A stretch of 64,000 bases of DNA from Eukaryota sp. TZLM1-RC (Eukaryota; Protista; Metamonada: BaSk clade), in assembly GCA_040285825.1 (NCBI GenBank), contig JAUPSS010000005.1, positions 62,001-126,000 of the forward strand, in the 5' to 3' direction. The notes beneath the pieces were generated by a model. It did not search any database. It saw only the letters and a program-made list of their open reading frames with translations, and was not told the DNA's origin. The position numbers and the translations under genes are program-made. Position 1 is the stretch's first letter. Every line of letters starts with the position of its first letter. Below are positions 21,215 through 31,766 of this stretch, one piece after another.

Positions 21215-23878
21215 ATGTCTGTTCCTCTATCAGTACTTCATCAACGCATTGCCAGTAAGCTACGAGTAGATGTACACACTCTCTTTACACAACTTCAAGC
21301 AGCTGATACCACGGAGCAGCAGGTCTCCCAATTTAAACACTTCTTAACCAATGCCAAAACCATCACCGCACCCTTATATTACCTATGTACAAACTACTCG
21401 CCCCAAAAATCAGCTGAACTCTCCTCTCGTTCTCAACGTCTTGCAATGTTCATGGACCAGTTATTATCTGCTCCAGACTGCTTATTTCAAGTCAAAAATA
21501 ATCACCGATCCATACGATCGACGTTCCATGATGTTGATTGTTCACTCCAATTACTCATGAACCCCAGTCTTCCTCCCCCCTTTCCGACTTGTTTGAGACC
21601 CAAACCTGTTCCAGAGAAGAGTCTGGTTGGGAAAGAGGAAGCGAAGTTGTTGTTTTGGTTAGAGAGCGCGGTCGCTGCCACATCACAAGTAGCAAAATTA
21701 AAGATTTCTTTTGACCTTCCAGGAATTTTTCTGACTTTTGTTGACTATTTTGTTGTACTTTTGACCCTCGATATCAGAAAATCAACTAGCACTTCACTAC
21801 TTCCTTTTTTAGATCCCGTCATTGAAAAGTTCAAAACTCAAGCTCAAAAACCAGAAAATTTGATTGTTTCTTGGAAAATCAGTGGGGTGAAGTTCATTTT
21901 TGAGCCAACTACCAAATTTTCAGTTTCCCAGGCCAAATTTCTGTTCAAAAAGATTCAGGCCTCACTTGACACGTCACCACTGAGCTCTTTTCAGAATATT
22001 GTGAAAATTCTGCTTCCAGTGGCTAAGGCTGGTATTTTTTCTGTAATTCTTGATCAACTTAATAATCATTTAAAAGGTCAAAATATTTATGGCCTTTATG
22101 ACGTCACATTTGACCCCCAAGTAGCCGACTTTTCGAGAAAACGTCGACATTCAGATCAATCAATCACAGAAGGGGTCGTTATTAAATATTGGAAAGGCAA
22201 AACTGTTTTTTCTATTTCTATTATTTCTAAAAACAATTCTTTTGAAATAATTCACCATCCCAAACATTTAAAAGAATTAAATTTAAAAGTAGACCTACAT
22301 CCAATTAATGCTCTGAAGATAGTGGAAGACACTTTGAATTTTCGAAAGGATTATTTAATTTCAAAGTTAAGTACAATGGACTTCTTCTCTCTGGTTAATA
22401 ACTCATTGTTTTTAAATATCGGAAATTTTCACATTTTGATTGAATTTTTGCTCAATACAGGGAAATTTGAAGTTGCTATCAATGACTTTGAAGTTGGTTA
22501 TGATTTTCATTTCAGAATTAAACACAAGATTACCCCAATATTAGACCAACTAACTTATTCTCTTCATCTGTCTGATCTCATTGTATCAGAATTTGAACAA
22601 AAAATGAGACAAGTTGTCAACTCGCTTGCTTGTGAGCTTTACTTGTCAGAATTTCACCAAATTTTGAACACTAGAATTGATTGGATTGTTGATTATGCAG
22701 ATGATCCTTTTTTTGTCAGTCTTACTTATCCTCAGTGTCAATATTTGAAAATCAAACTCAAAATTTCCGGTCTCTCAGTTGATCCCTTCTTGACATGTGT
22801 ACTAAATGAATTTGATCTTGTTCACCATTTCAATATTAACCCAAATTTTGAAAATTTGATTCTGTCTTCGACACCAGATGCAATCATTCAATCAATTAAT
22901 GATTGGATATTGAGTGTTCCATCATTTTTGATTAGTTATGCGCTCAATCTTTTCACACTTTTACCCAGCAGTTGTACCATAACAAGTTTTGAACAGAAGC
23001 ACTTTCTTATATCCAAAATTCCTTTTTTAAATGCTGATTTGTACGAATTAAATTCCAAATCATCGCTAGTTTTGGAAAGAAACCACTTTTCTATTGAAAT
23101 TCCCTTATCATTTTCTATTCAAAACATGCCAGAAAATTTCATTTTTGAGAATCTCAATTTTTCCATTGGTTTTAAAAATAATTCGTCTTGTTTAATCGTC
23201 AGTGGCTTAGTTAATTGTAGAGTGTTTCTTCAAATAGCTTGCGTTTGCTATCTGTTAACTTTGTTTTCTCAAATTCATGAATCTGTTGAAATTTATGATG
23301 TGGATTATGATGTAAAATTCACTCCTGATTCTTCTCTAATTGTTTCTAATAGTGTGCGAGATTCATTTGTTTTGTATCTCGACTCAAATTTATTATCCTA
23401 CAATGATTTAATTTATGGAAATTTGAAAAAGGCATTATTTTGTGACTTATACAACAAGATATTCAATGATTATTACCTACAAATTCAAAGAATTACGAGG
23501 AAAACCCTCTCTTCAAAACCAGTTGTCGTATTTATTAATTCTCTTTTTTCTTTTATTTCTTCATTTAGATCATTAGCCAAGGTTCCAATGGAGCTGTATT
23601 TGAATTCTTTTGGTTCATTTAATCTAATTGCTCCAAAATTCTGTTTAAAAGTTACTTCTACGATTTCAAATACATTTTTTGTTGATTATATTGCCCCAAC
23701 AGTTGAACTGTCAAGTAGAAGTTCAATGAGTTTGATAACATATGAAGCTTTTATAGAAGCGTTCAAAAGAGTTCGTGGGATTTGCATTGTTGACAAGGAA
23801 GACTCCAATGATAAGTTTGTTTCCTTCTCATTTGATTCAATATCAGCATTTATTCAAGTTTTAAAAAAATTAATTTGA
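21215..23878 (+). CDS. Large protein, probably divergent Mediator subunit 14 (Rgr1)
   Basis: 887-aa intact ORF. The N-terminus (VPLS.L..RI......L...L...) resembles the Med14 N-terminal domain; the rest is unassigned. Confidence 0.5.
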   Translation: MSVPLSVLHQRIASKLRVDVHTLFTQLQAADTTEQQVSQFKHFLTNAKTITAPLYYLCTNYSPQKSAELSSRSQRLAMFMDQLLSAPDCLFQVKNNHRSIRSTFHDVDCSLQLLMNPSLPPPFPTCLRPKPVPEKSLVGKEEAKLLFWLESAVAATSQVAKLKISFDLPGIFLTFVDYFVVLLTLDIRKSTSTSLLPFLDPVIEKFKTQAQKPENLIVSWKISGVKFIFEPTTKFSVSQAKFLFKKIQASLDTSPLSSFQNIVKILLPVAKAGIFSVILDQLNNHLKGQNIYGLYDVTFDPQVADFSRKRRHSDQSITEGVVIKYWKGKTVFSISIISKNNSFEIIHHPKHLKELNLKVDLHPINALKIVEDTLNFRKDYLISKLSTMDFFSLVNNSLFLNIGNFHILIEFLLNTGKFEVAINDFEVGYDFHFRIKHKITPILDQLTYSLHLSDLIVSEFEQKMRQVVNSLACELYLSEFHQILNTRIDWIVDYADDPFFVSLTYPQCQYLKIKLKISGLSVDPFLTCVLNEFDLVHHFNINPNFENLILSSTPDAIIQSINDWILSVPSFLISYALNLFTLLPSSCTITSFEQKHFLISKIPFLNADLYELNSKSSLVLERNHFSIEIPLSFSIQNMPENFIFENLNFSIGFKNNSSCLIVSGLVNCRVFLQIACVCYLLTLFSQIHESVEIYDVDYDVKFTPDSSLIVSNSVRDSFVLYLDSNLLSYNDLIYGNLKKALFCDLYNKIFNDYYLQIQRITRKTLSSKPVVVFINSLFSFISSFRSLAKVPMELYLNSFGSFNLIAPKFCLKVTSTISNTFFVDYIAPTVELSSRSSMSLITYEAFIEAFKRVRGICIVDKEDSNDKFVSFSFDSISAFIQVLKKLI

Positions 23879-24324
23879 TGAAACAATAATTGAATTTGGG
23901 TAATAAATACATTTGATAACTGTTTTTTCTTTTTTATTATCATCAAACCTTTTGCTACTGTATCTCGTTTCCTATTCAGCGTTCTATTTAATAAAATTTA
24001 ATGAATTTAAAAGTTTGGTTGGGTGTTTATCTCTTAACCTTCATTTTTTGCCAAAAATGTTTTATATCAACAAAAAGATTTGAATATGTAAAAATGCTTT
24101 AAAATAAAATCAAAAAGAATAAATTTATTTTTTTCAAAGCAAGAAAAGACTTGATTGAAAAAAAGCTTAACATTAATAGAATTTAATTAATACTTTACAA
24201 AAAAAACAAAAAACAGCAAAAAACCACAAAACAGTGAAAACATAATTAACAAAATCCCCAAAAAAATAAAATAAAATAACCTCCAAAAAATAAAATAACC
24301 CTCATAATCAAATCTTTTTAGTAA

Positions 24325-26487
24325 TTAATCTTCTGGCACAACAAAACTTGACCTTCTTCTATATTCTGATGATAATTGCATATTCATTTGTTCAAGATGA
24401 TAGACATTTTTGTAACTGAAGCCTTCAAAAGCGGGATCATCTCCTGGTGGACTAAACGGGTGTCCATCAAGAGTACTATCAAACAAAGGACTTTTTGGAC
24501 TATCAAATTGATTAGCTTCCGGTGGAGGTGATCGTGAATCAAAGTAAGAGGTATCAAATTGCTCAGTAAGCACAGGAATAAAAGGCCCCCGTTCTGTGAG
24601 AACTGTATCCCAATTGATTTCCCTTAAAAAAGGATGCTGTTTAATTTCATCAATTGAATCATATCCGAGACGATTTTTAGGATCTAATTGCAATAGTTTG
24701 GTAATAAAATCTTTTGCGTTATTTGAGAAAGTAACGTCAGCTGGCCATTGTATATGACAAGAAAGAATTGCTTCAAATAATTGTTCTTTTGATTCTCCCT
24801 CAAAAGGCGGCACTCCAGCAATCAACTCAAAGGTTAATACCCCCACCGACCACCAATCAATCATACAATCATGACCCCTACCAATCAAAACTTCAGGAGC
24901 TAAATATTCCGGGGTTCCGACACACGAGTACCTCCGTTGAGGACGCTCTGCATCAAAGGAAAGTGATTGAGAAAAATCTTGAGATAGAGTGGTCGAGTCT
25001 AGTTCAATATCGGAATCTGTATCACTGACTGATTTATTAGAATCAGAGTGACTCTCATCAGACTCACGTGACCGTTGCACTCCAAAATGGGAAAGTCCAA
25101 AATCAATCAGTTTAATATGACCATCTTCGGAAACCAAAAGATTATCTGGTTTTACATCACGATGCACGATTCCATGTTTGTGCAGGTATTCAAGAGACAA
25201 AACAAGTTCTGCCACGTAATGCTTTGCTGTCACTTCCGGGAGTGTTCCCACATTGTTTAAAAGAGAATACAAATCCCCTCCCGAAATGTATTCCATTACT
25301 ATATAGAGATGCCTTGTCGACTGGAAAGTCCAAAAACATTTGATTAAGAAAGGGCAATCAGTTTGAGTAAGGATGTTTCTTTCAGTTTTGACTCGATGAA
25401 CTTGATTCTTTCGAACCATGTCATCTTTTTTTAGAATCTTAATCGCGTAGATATCACCCGTTCTTTTCTTTACAGCGAGATAAACTCTACCAAAAGCACC
25501 TCTAGAAATGGGTTTTACTATTTCAAAATCTGAAATTGAAGGCAGTCTGTGAGGCGAAGAAGAGCTCCCTGCTGAAGAAGGTCTTGAACGGTGGGCATTG
25601 TTAAAGCTGCTGGTCATGGAAGGAGGGCAGAGCATTGGTGGAGAAGAGCTCATCTCTCTCTTTAAGGGAGAAGCGGTTTCAGAACGAGGAAGTGGAGAGG
25701 GAAGATAAGAGCGGGAAGTGTTTGGGGAGAGGTTAGGAGAGGCAGATGAGGACGATTCAGCTGCAGCAAACTTCTCAACGACAAGCCTCTCTATTCTGGT
25801 GATGAAATGGGTTAGAGCAGTTCTTGAATCTCTTCTCCCGTCTGTTATGCTGCTGGATCGTTGTCTCCCGTCAAATTCAAAGATATCAGCTGAAGAGAGG
25901 AGAGGTGATTCATGAAGAGTAAAAGCTCGAGAAAGGAGATTACGGAGACGATCAAGTAGATGGTCCTTGTGCTGTTGAAGCTGTATAGTAGTGACAAAGT
26001 CATCAGAGAGGTTCCTTGTCTGGTTGGCTACATCCGCAAGGTCCTCAAGAATAAAAATAGCATCCCCATGAAGAGGTTGAGAAAAGAATTGGTCAGAAGA
26101 AGATGAAGAGAATGATTTTGAGGTACAGGTACGTTGGTTGAGGATACGACGGTTTATAGCAGCGATAATCTTATCTAAACGTTCATCACATGAAGATATG
26201 CGCATGTCAGCTCTGGACACGACAGAACAGTAGCGAGAGTGGTCTTCTAGGTGGCAAAGAGGGACGTAATCTTCACAAATACGACATAGAACTTCAATAG
26301 CATCATCTTGAGGTGGTGAAGGTTCTAACGATTCAGCAAGTTTATTTATGGGAATTGGAGCAGAAGAAGTACGAAGAGGGGAGGATCTAGCAGAAGACAT
26401 CAAGCCTGAGGGTGATTGAGCTACATCTGAGGGAGATTCTGAAGCATGGAGGTCTTTGGTGGATCGTTTACGAGTCCACAAAGGCAT
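24325..26487 (-). CDS. IRE/RIM15/Greatwall (MAST-like) AGC serine/threonine kinase
   Basis: CRICE...LEDHSRYC zinc motif; SISDFEIVKPISRGAFGRVYL; HRDVKPDN; DFGLS with insert; AGC tail DTSYF. First ATG at 26487. Confidence 0.9.
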   Translation of the reverse strand: MPLWTRKRSTKDLHASESPSDVAQSPSGLMSSARSSPLRTSSAPIPINKLAESLEPSPPQDDAIEVLCRICEDYVPLCHLEDHSRYCSVVSRADMRISSCDERLDKIIAAINRRILNQRTCTSKSFSSSSSDQFFSQPLHGDAIFILEDLADVANQTRNLSDDFVTTIQLQQHKDHLLDRLRNLLSRAFTLHESPLLSSADIFEFDGRQRSSSITDGRRDSRTALTHFITRIERLVVEKFAAAESSSSASPNLSPNTSRSYLPSPLPRSETASPLKREMSSSPPMLCPPSMTSSFNNAHRSRPSSAGSSSSPHRLPSISDFEIVKPISRGAFGRVYLAVKKRTGDIYAIKILKKDDMVRKNQVHRVKTERNILTQTDCPFLIKCFWTFQSTRHLYIVMEYISGGDLYSLLNNVGTLPEVTAKHYVAELVLSLEYLHKHGIVHRDVKPDNLLVSEDGHIKLIDFGLSHFGVQRSRESDESHSDSNKSVSDTDSDIELDSTTLSQDFSQSLSFDAERPQRRYSCVGTPEYLAPEVLIGRGHDCMIDWWSVGVLTFELIAGVPPFEGESKEQLFEAILSCHIQWPADVTFSNNAKDFITKLLQLDPKNRLGYDSIDEIKQHPFLREINWDTVLTERGPFIPVLTEQFDTSYFDSRSPPPEANQFDSPKSPLFDSTLDGHPFSPPGDDPAFEGFSYKNVYHLEQMNMQLSSEYRRRSSFVVPED

Positions 26488-26853
26488 TGGTTCGCGAGAC
26501 AAAGGCACTCGCTGTGGTCAGGAATGATTGATTACTTGATAGTTTTTTGAATATTTGTTAATTAAACAACTTAGTTATAAATCAACATCTTAATAATCCA
26601 TGTCTTTCTAAAACAAAACAACTCTCTCACAGTGAGATCCAAGAGAAAGCAAAGCATCAGAATCCTCCACCAAAGAATTTCGTGATACATTCATGAAGCT
26701 CTATTCAACTAACCAAAGTGAAGCGGCTCAAGCTCAAAGAAGTTAGAAATTTTTGTGAAAGATATAGAATGTAGAACAAGAAAAAAATACAGAAATTCAT
26801 TGGAAAATAGAATACCAAAAAAACAAATTAAAATAAAATATATCAAAAAAAAA

Positions 26854-27561
26854 CTATTGGATTTCATTAACAGATGGATTAAGAGGACTGTCAAGATTCG
26901 TTGCATATAGTAAAACCTTTAGTTCGTCAACAGGAACGTTATCGTTGTTTTGACTTAATTGTTCAATCATCAGTAGCTTCTTAAAGTAAAAGTTCCTTTC
27001 CTTTTGAAGAACATCAACTTGTTTCTGTAAGGCAGTAAGTTGAGCCTCGTCAACAGTGGTTCTGTTCGTATCTTGGGAAGAGAAGCTTGGGTTAGATGTG
27101 GATCTGCGGGGGGCTGTTCTTCGTGGTAGCATTGAGGGTCTCCGTTGGCGCTGTCCCTGGTTAGTCTGGTTAAGCTTCTCTACTGGTATGCCGTCACTGT
27201 TGGACTTGCTGTCAAAAAAACTTTTGAACCACTGAATAGTTTCTAAATTGCACATGTAGTTTTTGGTAGATAATCTCGCTAAGTCAATGTCTCTTTTAAT
27301 ACCAGCCTTTCGGAATATAGACTGTAGGTATTTGAGATTGCGTAGATTGTCATGTTCAAGAATTGCATTGAAGTTGACTTTTGAGAGGTTCACCAGGTCT
27401 GGATAGAGGAGGTGCATAATTTGACAGTAAACAACACCGTTGCCCAGCTCCTCAATTTTTTGGACATTTGTGTTGAAGAGAGTATTAATCCATTCTAAGA
27501 TCTCTGTGCGGGATACAAAGAACGCACCATTCATCATACCAAGAGAGTCAGACTTGCTCAT
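26854..27561 (-). CDS. EB1: Microtubule end-binding protein EB1 (MAPRE/BIM1)
   Basis: FVSRTEILEWIN...KIEELGNGVVYCQI CH domain and KERNFYFKKL..IE EBH domain. Confidence 0.93.
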   Translation of the reverse strand: MSKSDSLGMMNGAFFVSRTEILEWINTLFNTNVQKIEELGNGVVYCQIMHLLYPDLVNLSKVNFNAILEHDNLRNLKYLQSIFRKAGIKRDIDLARLSTKNYMCNLETIQWFKSFFDSKSNSDGIPVEKLNQTNQGQRQRRPSMLPRRTAPRRSTSNPSFSSQDTNRTTVDEAQLTALQKQVDVLQKERNFYFKKLLMIEQLSQNNDNVPVDELKVLLYATNLDSPLNPSVNEIQ

Positions 27562-27619
27562 AAGATAAGCTGTTGAAAAGAGTAATGTCTTTGATGTAAA
27601 GACAAATGTTTAATTAATG

Positions 27620-27770
27620 CATACTTTCTTCAAGCATCATTTAAACTTATTCCAAGAACTTTCATCCTTGGTGAGATCGTCCACAGACGTTCTAGAATCC
27701 TCGAATAATTGGCCACCAATCTTAGTGGGCCCATTTCTCCTCTAGAACAATACGTAGCTTTGAAGCTAGT
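27620..27770 (-). ncRNA. Putative Fanzor omegaRNA scaffold
   Basis: Five stems directly 3' of the Fanzor stop codon: TAGCTT/AAGCTA; GTTCTAGA/TCTAGAAC enclosing GGCCCACTA/TGGTGGCC; CGTC/GACG; CCAAGGA/TTCTTGG. Confidence 0.6.
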
Positions 27771-29617
27771 TTCTTTGTGGTCTATGGAACGCTTCTGGTC
27801 TTGCTCCATAGTAGTGCTCACTAATTGCAATTTCTAGCTGATTTAGTGATGCAGAAATGTCTCTAGACCATACTTGATTACATTCCGAACAACTGAAATA
27901 GGCGTTGTGAACTTTAACTTCACCATCAACTTCTCGATAGATCTTTTGGTGTAGCATCTTGCAGCAGTTCACCTTTTGAGATGTCATATATTCATCTCCG
28001 ATCTTCACATTAGCAAATGAACGTTGTAACAACTTGAGAAACGTCTTACGTGGAGTTTTCACTTTTTGACGTGATGGACCACCACCTTCATTGCCAAACC
28101 ACACCTTTACTTCTCGACCGTCTGCAAATTTTTTCACTTTGTTGATAATGGAGCTAAATCTTTTCTGTTTTCTTGTAAAGAAGTCAAATGTGTTTCTCCC
28201 AAATGTTTTTCGAGCATTCAGATATAATTGCTGCTTTAGCAATGATCGTCTTACGTTATTACCTTCATAGTCCTTATAGTCTCCGATAGTTGATATTTCA
28301 AGCAGATAATGGTTCAATTTCTGCACGTCATAAACATCTATTGATGAGTGGGTAAGTGAAGCGGAGTGATTCATTTTTCGTTGCTTTGGTGCCAAAAAGA
28401 TATTGGATACGGTCGGTTCTGAACATGTTCCAATGCTTGAACCACATAGATTTGAGTGGTTGATGACCCAGAACACCATTTCCATTTGGTCATCAGGTGC
28501 CTGCCGCTCAGTAGCTTTTGGTTTCTGGCGAGGTCTTGGCCGTTCAACCTTGGCTTGCAAGGTATGTTTTCTATTCCGAGTGGTTTCGTAGTAGTCAAGT
28601 TCCCCTCTGGATTTCTTATCAGCCAGGGCTTCTCCAGACAATATCACTCGTGTTGCTTTTGGGTGGGGTTTGAAAGTTATAGGGACACTATCACCATTAG
28701 AAGACATGGTGTGGTCATCAGCTTTTGTTCTAAAAAATAAGGGTTTTTCAAAGTTGTTTGTAATGTGTTTTTGGAGATAAAATGGCTGAGAACTCATGTG
28801 GAAAAGGGAACAAAAGCAAGCTTCAAACTAGCGATATGGGTGAGTCTATGTCGTCTAAAGGTATGTGCAAAGGCTTGCTCCAGGTAGTTTTTGATTGTTA
28901 ATCCGCAACGAAAGATGTAGGTACTATTCCCTTGATTAAGAGTCACTCTTCGGGAAGAAAGAAGAGTGTTGTACCTTTGTGGATAACCAACCAAGAAGTT
29001 GAATAGAGTGACGGCCATGGTATGGTGTGTGTTGATCCAAGAAAGAAGAGGTTCCTGAAAGTTCGTGCTGCTGTGAAGTACAAAACCAGCATAAGTGGCT
29101 GGTGCAGGGCAGTTATGACCTACTGCATACGAGCGGAAGAAGTTGAGCTTCCAAGACACAAGACCATCAGCTAGGAGCTGCTGGTAGTTACCTTGCAGCT
29201 GGCGGCACTTTGCATCCACTAGTTGTTGGAGAGGCCCACTAGTGCGCAGTGCAAAATTACGACCTGTTCTTGACATGAACAAAGCAGCAAACGGCCATGA
29301 TGTTGAAATTCGTTGGAGCTCTCATACACATGGCATTTGTCAGGTCTGTTGAATGGATGTCTGACTATTGCCTCAGTGACCGCCACAAAATCAAGACATT
29401 GACTCCAGAATTGATGCTGAGTCAGGAAATGACTGTCTTTAGGGAAGCGCACAGCAAACACTCTGGCCAGCAAGTTGCCCAGGTGAGCCATGGTGGTCAC
29501 CTTGGTCAGCTGTCCCTCAATATAATCACACACTGGCCGCTCAAAGAACTGATGAAGGGAGCAGGCACGTGTCCATGACTTCATAAACCTTACTGGAAGT
29601 GGAAGGCGCACAGTCAT
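27766..29617 (-). mobile_element. Fanzor (family 2), about 615 codons split by two frameshifts
   Basis: ORFs 29219-29617, 28794-29282 and 27766-28797 are colinear. Motifs: VWFGNEG; RuvC-II DEYMTSQKVNCC; CSEC; RuvC-III WSRDISASLN; ARPEAF. Homologous to the 54-56 kb locus. Confidence 0.88.
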
Positions 29618-30809
29618 TCAGAAATGATTGATTTCTGAGTTTCAGTTACTTTTAAAATTTGGTCTATTTCGGATTCAACAAGGAAGAACCCAGTGTTTTG
29701 GCTTTGTTAGTTTTATTATTAGTTTGTTAGTTATTATTATTAGTGATTTTGGTATTATTAGTTTGTTATTGTTTGTTGGTTTCGTTCAATGTGCTCAAAC
29801 CTTGACTATAAAACATTGGATCCCATAAAATAGACTAGCGGAGATAACTAACAATAAACAGTCTATGGAGGCACTAATGGCTAGTCTTGAGTCTTAACTC
29901 GAGTCTATTGCAGATCGTCCATCTCAAGCTGCTCCAACAACTTCTTCTGCGCCACCTCTTTCAGGTGCACTTCTTGTCTTGAAACTAGACATCTGAATAC
30001 TTAAAATAACCTTATCTCTCTACTTCGCCCTCTTCACACTCTTTCTACTCATTTCTCCTCCATAGAAGATGTTCTCACTTCCAAAAATTGTTACTTGGCT
30101 ACAGATACATCGTGATATACCAACTCCTGTCTTCACTTGTAGTACCATCAGTTGTCAATATATAACCTTACACCTCTAGTATCGTTTGATCACTCTCTAC
30201 GAATCAACTCACTCCAACCTCAACCTACACCAGTCTAACCTACTACGATATACATGAACTTCTAGAGTCTAATGAGCAGAAGACTTTTGAACTAACTGAA
30301 CTTCAATTGAAACTCAATTGAAGACACTTGTTATGTTAGTCAACATGGTTTCCTTGCAGAGATTGATTTTGACCAATTTCATATTAATGTAGTCTGATAC
30401 TGATTGTTTTACAATAAATACGATTTTTCTCCATTAATTAATTTATTTCTTCAGATTAATCAATAAAACTGGGCGTCAAGTTCATTCAATTGTTCATATA
30501 CAAGTGTTACCGTCCTCTCACATTCTTCTTTCACATGATTCTTCTGTTGTCACTAATGGTGATCTGTGGTGAGATTTCCTGTTTGCCTAGGCAAAGTAGA
30601 ATGTGTGTTATGATGAAGGTAAAGGGACTTTCTTCAACTTTTTTTTTGCCATTATATAAAAAACTATAAAGTAATACCAATACTAATTTATTTCTAAAGC
30701 TAAATAAGGCTACCAATATTCAACAATCAGGCAACTGTCCACTCAACCGCATGCAAATATAATTTGTATCCACTTATATTTTCTGTTCAGTTGTTTGTTC
30801 AGTGTGAAC

Positions 30810-31050
30810 CATTTTGTTCAGTTGCTTCCAACGGCTTACTTTTTGGGGAGCTTTTGAACTATTCATCAAAAGAAAAATTAATAGAAATTTTCACATTTTT
30901 TGGTTAAAAAATGGTGTTTCTGAATTTTAAGGAAATGATGAAGCTAGTGTTTGATACATTGCCCTTTCTTGGTTCTCATTATGAGAAAGCATCTGGTAGT
31001 TGATGTATAATTTATACAAGGTTACTCAAAATTTTTGTTGAAAAAAAAAA
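30810..31050 (+). mobile_element. 3' remnant of an RLE-type non-LTR element with poly(A)
   Basis: MVFLNFKEMMKLVFDTLPFLGSHYEK resembles the element C-terminus; A10 run at 31041. Confidence 0.55.
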
Positions 31051-31359
31051 CAATTTTCAGAAAACCATTTGGTCCTTGAAAATACATTTTTTGTTTTACC
31101 TAAATTGTGTTGATAACAGATACCGTACTTGAAAAAAATATAGTTTTTGTTCAGATCATCAAGTTGAACATTAACAAATCCCAAATCATCTGGGTTATCC
31201 ATGGAAGATTAGGTTCTATCCGTTATCTATCCATAAGAGAAGAATGTCCTCGTTAGCGCACTGGATCTCAATGAATGAAGGGATGACCAGAAAAATGTAT
31301 TCCTGGTCATGCCCACTTTCCACAAAAGTCAATTGTCGTGAGTCATCGTGACTAGAGTT

Positions 31360-31522
31360 AGTTAATTTTGTTGTTATTATCAAATAAATGGGTAACCACC
31401 AATAATTTTGGTTAGTCAGTTTTTCTGTTTTAAACAAAAATGTACGTGTTTATCTAATTCATCTCTTTTATCAAAAATGAATACCTCAACAACATCAACA
31501 TAACGAAAACATTTCTAAATAA
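31360..31522 (+). repeat. Dispersed ~165-bp non-coding repeat, copy 1
   Basis: Closely similar to 58244-58415; contains TAACCA-CCAATA...TTGGTTA inverted repeat. Confidence 0.8.
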
Positions 31523-31766
31523 ATATCTGAATCATATTAATTAAGAAAACCAAAATGTTGAATAATATGCAGAAATTGTCGAACACTCATCTTCTTGTAA
31601 CGCTGCATTGGACAAACAACTTCCTTTCTTTTTGTTTCTTTTTGTTTCTTCTTCTGCTAAATTTGACAAAAATATAATAAAGTCGTTTATTTTTACAATT
31701 CTTAAAATCGAAAATTATTTAAAAAAATACAATAAAATACAGCAAAAAAAAGTAATTAATTAAGAA

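Noticed and set aside
29297-29578. Plus-strand 93-aa ORF and the many other short ORFs overlapping called genes
   Set aside because: Antisense or alternative-frame shadows of better-supported genes or elements.
29705-29785. Repeated TTATTATTAGTTTGTT units as a CRISPR-like array
   Set aside because: Low-complexity microsatellite with no unique spacers.
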